IMG/VR virus record: IMGVR_UViG_3300025392_000003
Length of the DNA: 63,219 nucleotides
Source of the DNA: an uncultured virus (IMG/VR IMGVR_UViG_3300025392_000003)
Taxonomy: Duplodnaviria > Heunggongvirae > Uroviricota > Caudoviricetes
Reading direction: 5' to 3' (one strand)
A program made the translations under genes and the position numbers. The notes beneath the pieces are model-generated. The model did no database searches and was not told the origin of the DNA. It was given only the letters and a program-made list of their open reading frames with translations. Within the stretch, counting starts at the first letter, position 1. The number at the start of each line of letters is the position of its first letter. Below, piece after piece: positions 15,156 through 25,551 of this stretch.

Positions 15156-17441
15156 CTAAATTATAGCCTTCTTGAACCAGACATTTCCAACCGAGTCAAT
15201 TCCCGGTGGGATTTTGACCTGTGCGAAGCCCGCTCGCATCTTTTCCTGCCCCTTTTCGTAGGCTGGGTCGGTCTTATCTAGTTTGCGAATACTGTCATAT
15301 ATTTTGTGCATCTTTTCAGCAGTATCAAGGCTTTGGAGTGTGTGGAACTGAACCTCAAATACCATTCCACTCTTGGGGTCAACGAAGTTTGCGTTGATGC
15401 CTCGGTAGGAGTTTCCCGGCCTGTCGTGGAAGTAGTTTTTCACCATTTCCGTGCCGTTCTCGTCTTTGTATGGAACGAAGCCCCTATTGGAAAGGCTTTG
15501 TATCATCTTGTTTACGCCGCTTGCCATTTCCTTTTGTGGCCAGATAACCGTGTAGCGAACGAGGTCGTGGATTTCTCCGGCTTCTTTGGAAAGGGAGTTA
15601 GATGTGATTTCAGCAGTCAAGCCCTTTTGGACAGAATCGGCGGTATCCCTAACCGCCTTTTCGGTAGCACTAGAGAGTGACTTTACGGCAGATTGAGCGC
15701 GCTTTCGAGTTCCGCCACTCTCTTTTACGGATTGAGAAATCGCTTTGGTGATAGCCGGTTCGTATTTAGCGGCTTCTGCGAGAAGTGGTCGGGCTACTTG
15801 GATACCCATACGGATAACAGCAGGAGGCAACTTCATATCCTCGGTGAGTTTCTTTACTACCTCTTCCGTTTCTTCTTCAGACCCGGGTAGTGGCTTTGGC
15901 TTTTCAGGAGTGCCATCACTCTTGCCCGGCCCATATTGGTTGCCACGATAAGGGTGTCCATCAGATTCACCTTTAGCGACATCTTGCTCATCATCTTCGG
16001 GTGCTTTTGGCGTAGGCACGGAGATTGCGTAAGCCGAATCCACAGGAACATTGTCAGCCACATTTGCTGCTCCCTCTGGCCCAAACGAACCTTGATGTTG
16101 GATATTGGTTGCGTAGGTGTCAGGAAGAACCATAGCCCCACGATTCAGAACCATTGTGTAGTTGTGGTTGACATCTTTCAGCGCGTCGTATCCCGCTAGG
16201 GCTGGGCCGATACTCTTACAGTTGTTGTCGCCACTAAAGATACCTTGCTGGCTTCCCTTGCCATCAATTCGGTTGATTTCGTCATCGGTGTATCCAGCAT
16301 CCGACATAATTTCTCGGAGATTGTAGTCAGGGTGGTCCATAGCCGAATACTTGCCGTGGTCTTCCCTAGCCGTTGCTGATAAGACATCCAATTTAATCAT
16401 TGGGCCGTTGCCAGATGCGTTATAGACATTGTTGGGGTCAACTAACTTGTTGCGAAAGATACAGGTATTTGTTCCACTAGCCCCATTCTTTTGGGCGTAT
16501 GAAACCGGCACATCTTTGCTCTCGGATGTGTAGAACGCCGCACCGAACATAGGACCGCCGTAGCGTGGGAACTCCCCGTTGTAAAGCGTCGCTAACTTCT
16601 GCTGAAGTGTTTGGGTAGAACTCCGAGTGTACGAAAGACCAGAGTAGGCAACCTTGCCGGGTGTGGCCTTAAACTCTGCTTCCGATACGACCTTTGGAAG
16701 ACCCGTAAAGCCAATCATTTTCAGCATCGCTGCGTTGTCTCTAACACGGTCGTTGACTTCTACGGTTTTGGCTTGTGCAACGGCATCTCTAAAAGCCTTT
16801 GGCTGGGTGAGAACCGTAGTGAGATTCTTTACGAATAGGGGTCGGCGTTCTTTTGGAACGAGGATTGCGGCGGCGATTTTCGAGGCGGCTTCGGAAGCCC
16901 GCTTTTCCAAATCAGTTTTGGGTTCCCACTTTTCAGCATCGGCAATTCGTTCCTGAATAGACTTCTGACCCTCTTCCGTGATAACTCGGTTATCCTCGAC
17001 CTTTTTAGGCTCTTCTGGCTTGACTTCCTCTACCTTTGGGGCTTCGGCCTTTGGTGCTTCATCAACGGGCTTAGGGGGCGTTGTAGGGGTTGTAGCGACC
17101 GGTGTAGGGGTTGGTGCGGGTGCTGGCGTAGCCTTTGGTGCTTTGGGGGCTTTTGGTGATTTAGGGGTCGAGCCAGATACCTTTGGTGGGGCTGGTTTGG
17201 CAGTCGTTTTAGGGGCGTTTGGAATAGGCGTGTTCGGGCTCGGATAGAGTCGTGCCAATTCAGCAGCCAACGCTGCGCCCTTTAGGGGCTTGTTAGTCGC
17301 TGGGTCACGGGGTCGTGGAACTGGTTGACCCCAAGGGCCCATAACAGTCCATTGATTGCCACGAAAGTCGTGACCGTCTTTATCACCAGATTGACCAGCA
17401 ACGCCAGCCTTAAGGATAGAGAGAATATCTTTGTAGTTCAC
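15156..17441 (-). CDS. Tagged two-cargo protein: ART-like domain + C-terminal RelA/SpoT-like nucleotide synthetase (Apk2-like)
   Basis: C-terminus has VKSLSS..K, DLVRYT, KNYF, YRGIN, FEVQFHT..S. Middle has YSG..GPMFGAAFYTS..YA..AGYDAL..VLNR. Two GH..GNQ tags. Confidence 0.75.
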   Translation of the reverse strand: MNYKDILSILKAGVAGQSGDKDGHDFRGNQWTVMGPWGQPVPRPRDPATNKPLKGAALAAELARLYPSPNTPIPNAPKTTAKPAPPKVSGSTPKSPKAPKAPKATPAPAPTPTPVATTPTTPPKPVDEAPKAEAPKVEEVKPEEPKKVEDNRVITEEGQKSIQERIADAEKWEPKTDLEKRASEAASKIAAAILVPKERRPLFVKNLTTVLTQPKAFRDAVAQAKTVEVNDRVRDNAAMLKMIGFTGLPKVVSEAEFKATPGKVAYSGLSYTRSSTQTLQQKLATLYNGEFPRYGGPMFGAAFYTSESKDVPVSYAQKNGASGTNTCIFRNKLVDPNNVYNASGNGPMIKLDVLSATAREDHGKYSAMDHPDYNLREIMSDAGYTDDEINRIDGKGSQQGIFSGDNNCKSIGPALAGYDALKDVNHNYTMVLNRGAMVLPDTYATNIQHQGSFGPEGAANVADNVPVDSAYAISVPTPKAPEDDEQDVAKGESDGHPYRGNQYGPGKSDGTPEKPKPLPGSEEETEEVVKKLTEDMKLPPAVIRMGIQVARPLLAEAAKYEPAITKAISQSVKESGGTRKRAQSAVKSLSSATEKAVRDTADSVQKGLTAEITSNSLSKEAGEIHDLVRYTVIWPQKEMASGVNKMIQSLSNRGFVPYKDENGTEMVKNYFHDRPGNSYRGINANFVDPKSGMVFEVQFHTLQSLDTAEKMHKIYDSIRKLDKTDPAYEKGQEKMRAGFAQVKIPPGIDSVGNVWFKKAII

Positions 17442-17467
17442 GAGTAAACCTTAGAACACTAAGGCTC

Positions 17468-19864
17468 TTACTCGCCTACGATTTTCTGGGCATCCTTAGC
17501 AGCGGCGATTTTGGCGGCCTCTTGTTCCTTAAACTTCTTTCCAAGTTCAGCAGCCTTTTCCTGTGCCGAAGCCTTTTCGTTAGCACGAATAGAACGAGCC
17601 TGTTCACGGAAAGCGGCTACCTTTGGGTCTTCAGGGTTTGCCTGCTTGACCTGACCTTGGAACTTCTCGTGCATCATAAAGATTCCACGAGCGTTTCCGG
17701 CGGCGGCCTCATAAGCCTTCACAGCCTCTTCCATCTTCGCAGTGGCAGTCTCAAGGTCGCCATCAGCAACGGCTTTCTTTGATTCTTCCTCTGCTTGCTT
17801 AGCGAGTCCAAGTTGAACTGGAATGTTCTTTTCGTAGCCACCAACGATGGTGTTAAAACCCTTTTGGGTTCCCGCCTTTGGCATATTTATCAACGCGCCA
17901 CTAGTGCGTGGGTTCCAGTTGGGGTCACGGGTCTGTGCGGCTTGGCCGGGCTTGACTGGAACGGCGCGGGCTTCGCTAGTGATTTGAGCAGTTTTTGTCT
18001 GTGCATTAGTGGGCGCGGCCTTTTCAGCAATTGCAGACTTGCTAGCGGCTTGTGAACTAGCATCAAGCCACTTTTCTTGTGCCTTTTCTGCCTTATCATC
18101 GCTGAGTTTGCCATCTGCGTTAGCGATTTGAGCATCTATGGACTTGTCGGCAAGGTCAGCAGACTTGTCGTGGGCGTTCGCAGCAATAGTGTGGAGAGCC
18201 GCACCACCCGTGTCACCAGAGGCGGTAAGTTCCGCAGCCTTAGCACGGTGGCTATCGGCCAAGTCTCGGTGGAGTTCTCCCGGCTCGTGTTCAGAATCCG
18301 GGTTGGTAGCCATAGCATCAAGATTGGCCGCCTTTTCAGCAAGAGTCTTGCCCTCAATACCCGAACTTGGCTTTGTCTGCGAGTTGCTAGTGATTTGAGC
18401 GGTTTCCTGCTCTACATCGTGCTTGTCTGCGGCCTTAGAAGCATCAGCGGCGTTTGCTGAAAGTCGGTCTGAAGCGGTTGGCAAGTTGGCTAGTTCGCCG
18501 TATGACATACCCTCGGTCTTGACCTCATTACCGTTTTTGTCAACATAGGGCTCGTAGCCCTCTCCGTCTGCAGTTAGGTGGGCAGTAGCGGCAGAAAGGT
18601 GAGCGTTGGCGGCGGCGATGTGGAGGGCGATACCTTTCTTGTCACCAACTAGCCGTGCCTCTTTAGCGGCAGAAAGGTGGGCAGCAGCAAGAGCATCGTG
18701 AGCCTTTGCCAAAGCCTTGTGGTCAATCTTGCCACTTTGGAACTTGTCTATCGCATCTTGAGTGAGTAGTGCCTTGCTAGCGCCCGGGACATTACCCAAA
18801 CGCTCGGCATCGGTCTTTGGTGCGGTCTGCGAGTTGCTAGCGACTTGAGCAGTCTTTCCGCCACCACCTGCGGTGTACTGGTTTCCGTGGAACTCGTGAC
18901 CATCAACATCACCCTTAGCCAAGACATACTCTTGGTAAGCGGCCGACTTTTGGAAGTCACGGGTCAGAAGCGAAGAGGTGCTGAAAGCACTCATAGCAAC
19001 TGGCATCTCGTCTGCCAACTGAACGTGGTCTGAAAGGTCATCGGGGCTAATCATTCCGTTTTCACAGCACGAGCCACCGTCACCCATACAAGATGGGCAA
19101 ACAATCAACATTGCAGCCTTAGAAACTTTCCAGTCTTCAAGCAAATCAGCGAGTTGAGCGCGCTTGGTGTCAGAGAACTCACGCTTAGTGATGAAATCTG
19201 AAGCAGACTTTACAACTTCCTTGTTGTTGGCCTTGCCACGAAGAGAAACAATCTTTGAGCGAATGCGACCGGCTTCAGCAGCGTGAGCCGAGTGAGCATC
19301 CATATTGCCAGTCTTACGAGCCATACCTGCGAGGCGCTCGTGGGTGTCGGCAAGTGAGTCAAGAACCTTTACTGCGCCCTCTGGGTCATCGCCAGCCATA
19401 GCATCAGCAGCATCTTCTTGGTCGCTAGAGCCACCAAAAGACTTCTTCTTCTCATCCTCATCGTACTCTGATGAGTCATCGTCTGATGAGTCATCCTCAT
19501 AGTCATCTTCCATAGAAGCCTTCTTGCGAAGACCTGCGAGAGCGGCCTTAGCCTTGCGAACCTCATCAGCAGCGATAGCGGCGATTTTCTCGCTGTCACG
19601 GAATCCGGCAAGTGCGTTGTTGTAGACAGCACGGAGTTCAGTAGCGTTGCTTGCTGACTTCTCAACGGCGGCAAAGTAAGCCACCTGTGCTTCGCTCAAA
19701 GACTCTGTAGCCTTACGAAGACGGAAGTTAGCGTTGTCTAGTAATGACATAGCCTCAACCTCACTACGAGCAGCCTTAGCAATCTGCTTGCTGGCAATCT
19801 CGGCATCAATAGATGCTTGGTTGCGTGGGGTGTAAACCGGCTTGAATCGGTCGCCAATATTCAT
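17468..19864 (-). CDS. Tagged Ala/His-rich helical protein
   Basis: VLAKGDVDGHEFHGNQY; AHxxAAxAH repeats; TAQ(I/V)xS linkers; CPSC...CC motif. Confidence 0.7.
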   Translation of the reverse strand: MNIGDRFKPVYTPRNQASIDAEIASKQIAKAARSEVEAMSLLDNANFRLRKATESLSEAQVAYFAAVEKSASNATELRAVYNNALAGFRDSEKIAAIAADEVRKAKAALAGLRKKASMEDDYEDDSSDDDSSEYDEDEKKKSFGGSSDQEDAADAMAGDDPEGAVKVLDSLADTHERLAGMARKTGNMDAHSAHAAEAGRIRSKIVSLRGKANNKEVVKSASDFITKREFSDTKRAQLADLLEDWKVSKAAMLIVCPSCMGDGGSCCENGMISPDDLSDHVQLADEMPVAMSAFSTSSLLTRDFQKSAAYQEYVLAKGDVDGHEFHGNQYTAGGGGKTAQVASNSQTAPKTDAERLGNVPGASKALLTQDAIDKFQSGKIDHKALAKAHDALAAAHLSAAKEARLVGDKKGIALHIAAANAHLSAATAHLTADGEGYEPYVDKNGNEVKTEGMSYGELANLPTASDRLSANAADASKAADKHDVEQETAQITSNSQTKPSSGIEGKTLAEKAANLDAMATNPDSEHEPGELHRDLADSHRAKAAELTASGDTGGAALHTIAANAHDKSADLADKSIDAQIANADGKLSDDKAEKAQEKWLDASSQAASKSAIAEKAAPTNAQTKTAQITSEARAVPVKPGQAAQTRDPNWNPRTSGALINMPKAGTQKGFNTIVGGYEKNIPVQLGLAKQAEEESKKAVADGDLETATAKMEEAVKAYEAAAGNARGIFMMHEKFQGQVKQANPEDPKVAAFREQARSIRANEKASAQEKAAELGKKFKEQEAAKIAAAKDAQKIVGE

Positions 19865-19928
19865 AAAAGGAGTTCCTTTCGCTCTACGAGAAAGGCTACA
19901 CTACGATTTCCAAATCGCTATTGCTTAC

Positions 19929-20141
19929 CTACCCTAGAGGTGATTCGCCCATAGGGTCTTCGGAGTCTTCCTCTGGGAATACATAGTCATCTGGCACGGC
20001 ATCATCTAGCCAGCCGAAATCCTGTGGGTGTTTGCGTTGCTCGGCCAAAGGCATATAGCGAGGCTGTTTCACCACTCCGTCAACTACCTGCTTGTAAAGC
20101 GGGGATTTTAGGAGTTCCTCTATCTCAAAGGGGTTTCGCAC
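19929..20141 (-). CDS. Small acidic hypothetical protein
   Basis: A GTG start at 20141 gives MRNPFEIEELLKSPLY... and fills the gap between two large genes. The longer track ORF overlaps a real gene. Confidence 0.5.
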   Translation of the reverse strand: MRNPFEIEELLKSPLYKQVVDGVVKQPRYMPLAEQRKHPQDFGWLDDAVPDDYVFPEEDSEDPMGESPLG

Positions 20142-20154
20142 GGATTTTCTAGTA

Positions 20155-21954
20155 TCAGTAAGAACTAGTGTCGGGGAAAATATTGGCTCTCTCAAGACGA
20201 GCGGCCTCACCACTAGCGGTAAAGGCCTCTTGGCTCTTCTGCTCGGCATCAATAGCCTTTTGGTCGGTTCCGTCTGGTGAAACCCCAATAGCATCCTTAG
20301 TAAAAGCAGCGGCAACCTCGTGTGCGTGAGCGGCATCTCGGTGGGCCTCGGCAATATCGCTATTTCCAGCCTTGTCATTTGCCTTTGCAAGTTTCGTGTG
20401 TTCCTTAGCGATTTGAGTGTGTTCTTGCACGAAGGCTTGGTTTGGCACGGTGCGCCCTGTTTCCAAAGCGAGACTTGCGGCCCTTTCACGCAAGGTGTTA
20501 GCGGCCGTAAGGTTGACTGGCTTGATGTACTTAACGCTTGAGGGGTTGCTACGAGCCTCGCTAGTGACTTGGGTAGTCGTGCCACTAGTGCTTGTTGGGG
20601 CAACCTTTTCAGCATCGGCAGATGCTTTAGCGGCCTCTTCACTTCTGTCAAACCAAAGTTCTTGAGTCGCCTCTCCCTCTGGTCGGTTTGCGGTTTTAAT
20701 AGCGAGTTTTGCGGCAAGAGCGGCCTGTTGGTGGGCCGCAGAAGCCTTGTCGTGTGCTGCAGCACCCTCTAGGTAGGCGGCCTTAGCCTTTGGTGAACCA
20801 GTTATTTGCGCCGCTCGGTCACGTAAGTTAGCGGCAATAGCAGCGTGGTCGCTCGCTAATTTGTTGTGCTCTGCGTCTGGGATAAAGTCTCCGTGTTCCC
20901 CGCCACTAATAGAGTCAGCGTGTAATGTCGCAGCCTTTTCAGCAAGAGTTTCGCCGGGAACACTAGAACTATTTGCACTTTGTGGTAATTGTCGAGTCTC
21001 TGGATTTAGTGCATCTAGAGTTGCCTCATTGGTATCCTCGGAGTCTTCTGTGGCGATATGTGGGGTGTAATCCTCCATTGGCTTAGGTCCGCTTCCCATA
21101 CCGTTAAACTCTCTTGCGGCTTCTGCAGCGTAATCGTGCTTACTAGCAGCCTCTTCGTGGTCACGGGCAAGGCCTCGCAAAACTTGGCCTCCAGCAACTT
21201 TGCCCTCGGATACAAGACCGGCGGCTCGTTGCCTTAGCATTTCAGCAATCGCACGGTGTCCTTGTGCCATTTCTGAATGGTGCTGTGCGTCATCGGCAAA
21301 ACCGTTGCCGTCATACTTATCGCTTTTTGCCTGTAGTTGGCGAACAGCATTTGCGATTTCGCCAGCACTAGCGTATTGATTACCGTGGAACTCGTGGCCG
21401 GGTGTGTCACCCTTTGAGATGTCGAAGTTCCAAACCTCTACGCCGTCTTCTGCGATTTCAGCAAACCCGCCAACTGACTTATACATATCTGGCAGGTCGG
21501 GTGCGTGGTCACGGGCATCTAGGTTGTTCGCAGTATCAATAGGGTAAGTGTCGGCCTCATCAACGGTCACGCCATCAAGACCAGCATCGGTAGTTGATTC
21601 AGCAGGAGTGTTCTCAAGAAGATGAACTGCCTCAATCGCCTTTTGTGCGAGTGCCTTTTGTTCTTGTGAGAGGGCGAGTAGTTGGGTGCGCTCAATCGTT
21701 CCGTAAGAAGAGGCGCGTAAGTAGTAGTCGGCAGAAGTGAGGTGGAGTTGCGAAGCAGTCATAAGGGCGTTAGTCGCCTTAGCCTTGTCGCCAGCCATTT
21801 CAGCAGTGAGGGCAACTGCGTAGAGTGACTCGGCCTTAGCGGCATTGTCCTGACCAAAGGTGAGCGACTCGTTAAAGAGTGCGCCGTAAAGACCCTTGTT
21901 CACAGAGCCAATCCATTCGGATGCGGCGTTGAGGATTTCATCAGACATAGGCAA
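20155..21954 (-). CDS. Tagged Ala/His-rich helical protein
   Basis: DISKGDTPGHEFHGNQY; AHxxAAxAH repeats; TTQVTSEARS. Confidence 0.7.
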   Translation of the reverse strand: MPMSDEILNAASEWIGSVNKGLYGALFNESLTFGQDNAAKAESLYAVALTAEMAGDKAKATNALMTASQLHLTSADYYLRASSYGTIERTQLLALSQEQKALAQKAIEAVHLLENTPAESTTDAGLDGVTVDEADTYPIDTANNLDARDHAPDLPDMYKSVGGFAEIAEDGVEVWNFDISKGDTPGHEFHGNQYASAGEIANAVRQLQAKSDKYDGNGFADDAQHHSEMAQGHRAIAEMLRQRAAGLVSEGKVAGGQVLRGLARDHEEAASKHDYAAEAAREFNGMGSGPKPMEDYTPHIATEDSEDTNEATLDALNPETRQLPQSANSSSVPGETLAEKAATLHADSISGGEHGDFIPDAEHNKLASDHAAIAANLRDRAAQITGSPKAKAAYLEGAAAHDKASAAHQQAALAAKLAIKTANRPEGEATQELWFDRSEEAAKASADAEKVAPTSTSGTTTQVTSEARSNPSSVKYIKPVNLTAANTLRERAASLALETGRTVPNQAFVQEHTQIAKEHTKLAKANDKAGNSDIAEAHRDAAHAHEVAAAFTKDAIGVSPDGTDQKAIDAEQKSQEAFTASGEAARLERANIFPDTSSY

Positions 21955-21996
21955 CTCCCTTGCGTTCGTTATAGATAATAGACCATAGTTGATAAA

Positions 21997-24294
21997 TTAC
22001 AGGGCGTATTGGCGTAGGCGATAGAAAGCGCGCTGGCCTTGCTTCGCTTCATCGGCTTTTTGCTGGATTTCAGCAACACTATGCTTGGCGAGGGTTTCCT
22101 TGAGTTGCTTTACTTGCTCGGAATTGAGTTGTAGCGGGGTCTTGTCTTGGAAGTGACCAACTAGTAGCGAACCACTAAGTTCCTTGTGAGCGATACTGTT
22201 TTCTATAGAATCAGCAAGATAGGTAGCCTGCACCAATAGTTTTTCTGCCTTAGTAGAGGCATACATAGGGTTATCGTCATTGGTGTCTTTGGATTTTTCC
22301 AATTCCTTACTACCGTTGACAACCATAGAGTCAAGACCATCTCTATAGAACTTAAAGTTGATATCGGCAAGTTCCTTACCCGCTTGGGTGGCTTGGTCCT
22401 TAAGTTTGCCAATAAGTTCTTGTTTTTCGTCTTTGCTGAAAAGGTCGGAGAATTCGATTGTTTCAACTCCGCGCATTAGGTAGCCGAACGAGTCATCCAA
22501 AGTTCCCGCGGCTTTAGCCTTTAGGGATACATAACTATTGGGGTCATCTTGGCCGATGTCACTCATATCCACCTTTTCGGGCATACTCCTTGTTTCCGCT
22601 AGACCTTTTTCCAAAAGAGAAGTTCCACGAACAGCATTGGCGTAGGCGGTGCATTCTTTCTCAAACCTAGATGCCTGATTCCACTCGTTTTCCAAACCAC
22701 TTATCGCTGTTGCGGTTCCTGAATAGTAGCGAGATTCTTTTGAGAATAGCCCTCTTGCTGTATTTGCCGCACTTGAGGCTTCGGTAATAAGTTTGTCGGC
22801 CTTTTCCGCCACGGCTGGGTCTGTGTTTCCGAGGTTTTCACGAACGAACTTCAGGGAGTCACCAGCCGTTTTTAGGTATTCCTTACCGATAGCCAAACCA
22901 ACGGTCTTTTGCACGAGTTCTAGTTGGCTCTCTAATCCGTCATTGTTGCTCTGTGCTTTTGCTTTTAACTCTGGTGATGAAGCACCACCGTAGTTAGATT
23001 TTAGGTCGTTCCAATTCGCCCTAGCCTCGCCAACCGCCGATTGGTAAGTGCGATAATCGCGCTCTGCCTTTTGGGTATTCTCATAGGCATCCTTATCAGC
23101 AGTTGCCTTACCTATGTTCTTCATTGACTCGTCTAGGGTCGCCTTTAGTTCGTTAGCCCTAGCAGTATTTAGGAGTGCGTTTGCTTGGCGAGAATTGTCT
23201 CTTGCCAACCTAGCCTCATCAGTATTGCCTAGTCTGGCATCACTAAGTATTCTGTAGGCGTTCGAGTAAAGACTTTTTGCATCGGAAATCGTTTGTTTCT
23301 GTTCCGGGCTGATGCTGAATAGGTTGACTCCACTTAGGTCAATCGTCTTACTAGCCTTATCGATGCTCTCTTTGGCGTATGAAAGTGTTATTTGAGCGAA
23401 ATTATTTGTGTAGTGTTCTTCCGCTTTCCCAATAGACGCTTTTGCTTTCTCAACGATTTTTGATTCAGCATCTTGGTTAGTAGTGTCTCCACTAATCCGA
23501 TAGACCTGCTCAAGAAAGGTGTGGGCAGAGAGGGCGTTCTTCGATAAGTTTCGCCAGCCGACAGTTGCGTTATACCTATCTTCTGGGCTCGCACTTTCGT
23601 CTTGCGCTGTTTTGGCATCTTTCTTGGCGATTGAGTCTATCTGCTTGACATCGTTCTGAAGAACCTTTAGAGCCTCTGGGCGAGGGTTGTTCTTGTTGTC
23701 AAGAAGCGACTTGGCTTTCGGCATAGTCACGCCGGGCATCGCAGATAATTTGTTGAGAACTTCCTTGTATCCACGATTCAGCGCGGAGGCGGCCTGCTTG
23801 CTTATTTGCTCGCCAGTTAGTGACTTGTTCCAAGAAATACGGAACTTCATATTCCCGCTAGTTATATGGCTTAACTGTTCTTGGGAACGCTGTAAGTTGT
23901 CTTTGAGTTGTCGCACCTCAACGGAGTCGTGGAATCGGTCTATCGGAGTTTTGGGGTCGCCACCGTTTCTCTTAATCTTTTCTTCTAGTTCAGATATTGT
24001 TGTTTTAAGAACGCCTACTTTTGCTTTTGCTGATGCCACGTGGTCAAGGGCATCGAGCGATGCTTTTGCTAGGTCGCCATCAAGGGAATATCCGTGAGAA
24101 CGACCATACCTACGACGGCCCTCGCTTTTGAGCGAATCCGTTTCTCTAGCGGCTCTATTCGCTTCTTGTAGGTGTTCAGCAGAGCCTAAGTCGGAGTATT
24201 GGTTTCCACGAAAGGGGTGGCCAACATAGTCGCCCTTGAGGACCACAAACCGTTCTCTAACAAGGAACTTTCGGACATCTTGGATAGATGACAT
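21997..24294 (-). CDS. Tagged long alpha-helical protein
   Basis: N-terminal VVLKGDYVGHPFRGNQY; 765 aa of coiled-coil-like sequence. Confidence 0.7.
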   Translation of the reverse strand: MSSIQDVRKFLVRERFVVLKGDYVGHPFRGNQYSDLGSAEHLQEANRAARETDSLKSEGRRRYGRSHGYSLDGDLAKASLDALDHVASAKAKVGVLKTTISELEEKIKRNGGDPKTPIDRFHDSVEVRQLKDNLQRSQEQLSHITSGNMKFRISWNKSLTGEQISKQAASALNRGYKEVLNKLSAMPGVTMPKAKSLLDNKNNPRPEALKVLQNDVKQIDSIAKKDAKTAQDESASPEDRYNATVGWRNLSKNALSAHTFLEQVYRISGDTTNQDAESKIVEKAKASIGKAEEHYTNNFAQITLSYAKESIDKASKTIDLSGVNLFSISPEQKQTISDAKSLYSNAYRILSDARLGNTDEARLARDNSRQANALLNTARANELKATLDESMKNIGKATADKDAYENTQKAERDYRTYQSAVGEARANWNDLKSNYGGASSPELKAKAQSNNDGLESQLELVQKTVGLAIGKEYLKTAGDSLKFVRENLGNTDPAVAEKADKLITEASSAANTARGLFSKESRYYSGTATAISGLENEWNQASRFEKECTAYANAVRGTSLLEKGLAETRSMPEKVDMSDIGQDDPNSYVSLKAKAAGTLDDSFGYLMRGVETIEFSDLFSKDEKQELIGKLKDQATQAGKELADINFKFYRDGLDSMVVNGSKELEKSKDTNDDNPMYASTKAEKLLVQATYLADSIENSIAHKELSGSLLVGHFQDKTPLQLNSEQVKQLKETLAKHSVAEIQQKADEAKQGQRAFYRLRQYAL

Positions 24295-24300
24295 TTGTTG

Positions 24301-25521
24301 TTATTCGCCATCGTAGTCATCGTAATGATTGACCGCATCTGGCCAGCGAGATTCGCTATAGCGCGCCACTTTCAGCATTTCACTGGCTTTTTCTTGCGCT
24401 TGCTTGGCGGCTTCGGTGTCGCCACGCTGCGAAGCAAAGTGAGCCATTACAGAGTAGGCATTACTAGCCGATACCGCCGCTACTTTGGCGCGTGAGAGAA
24501 CGACATCTTGCTTGTCTTTTGCCTCTTCGTATTCATCTAGTTCTTCCGAGCGTTGGAGGCCATAACGAATAGGCCTACCGTCTTCATCGAGGTCATAGTC
24601 TTTTTTGACCACATCGTACTTAGCCTCAATGTCTTTTTCCATAGCATCAGCAGAAGCAGTGTACTCCTTTGACTTCGACTCGAACTTGGCTGAATCAGAA
24701 GCGGCCTTTGCCTCGTTAGGTTCTTTTGAGGGGTCTTTCGCTATAGCGATAGCCGCACGAGAAAGCGATAGTTCCGACTTGTCAAAGAGTTTGGAAATCG
24801 CATCAACTTGTTCTCCCAAACTGCTTTCGTGACCCGAATAGCGTGAAATCGCCAACTTCGTTGATAGAACATCCTCGCCTTTAACGGCGTCAAAGGCTTT
24901 TGGTTCGGAAGAGCCGAAAGCAGGATAGCCATCATCCGCCATTGGGCGAGGTGATTTGACTGAAACCGCCTTGTTTGCCGAGTGGCTCATTATGGATGCC
25001 GCACCACGCAAGTTGTCTGATAAAGCCTCAAGCGACTTAGAGGCTTCTAAAAAGTGCTTACCAACTTCGTCTTGTCCGAGTTTCCACTCGCCTCCACCAA
25101 ACTTGTCTTGCGTGGGTGATGTGTCCGAGTGAACGGCTGCTGAACGGCGAACTCCAGCAACTAGAGAATCCACTTGGTCGGCCAACCCCTCAAGTTTGCT
25201 CTGTGTTTCTTTTAGTTTCTCTGGGGTGACATAGCGCGCAAAAGAACTATATGAGTTTTCCCCATACATTCTGTCTTTGTCGTACTTATCTGCTGGTTTG
25301 GCTCGCAGCGTAAATCCCTGTGGGTAAAACTTGCCATTTAGTTCATCAACTATTGACTTGAGTTCTCCTGAAAGCCCACGAAGTTTGGAAATGCCCGCGA
25401 TAGCACCACTCGCGTCGGTGTATTGGTTTCCATTGAACTCGTGACCGGGGGTATCTCCCGAGCCCGGCCCGCCCTTAGCGATTCGGACCCAAGATTCGAT
25501 TTCAGCAGCAAGGTTTTCCAT
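24301..25521 (-). CDS. Tagged helical protein
   Basis: AEIESWVRIAKGGPGSGDTPGHEFNGNQY. Confidence 0.7.
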   Translation of the reverse strand: MENLAAEIESWVRIAKGGPGSGDTPGHEFNGNQYTDASGAIAGISKLRGLSGELKSIVDELNGKFYPQGFTLRAKPADKYDKDRMYGENSYSSFARYVTPEKLKETQSKLEGLADQVDSLVAGVRRSAAVHSDTSPTQDKFGGGEWKLGQDEVGKHFLEASKSLEALSDNLRGAASIMSHSANKAVSVKSPRPMADDGYPAFGSSEPKAFDAVKGEDVLSTKLAISRYSGHESSLGEQVDAISKLFDKSELSLSRAAIAIAKDPSKEPNEAKAASDSAKFESKSKEYTASADAMEKDIEAKYDVVKKDYDLDEDGRPIRYGLQRSEELDEYEEAKDKQDVVLSRAKVAAVSASNAYSVMAHFASQRGDTEAAKQAQEKASEMLKVARYSESRWPDAVNHYDDYDGE

Positions 25522-25551
25522 AGTTCTATTCTTTCACAGGGTTGTGACTTT

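Noticed and set aside
19929..20765. 278-aa ORF from the track
   Set aside because: Most of it overlaps the 599-aa tagged gene in another frame; only the last 70 codons (from GTG 20141) look like a real gene.
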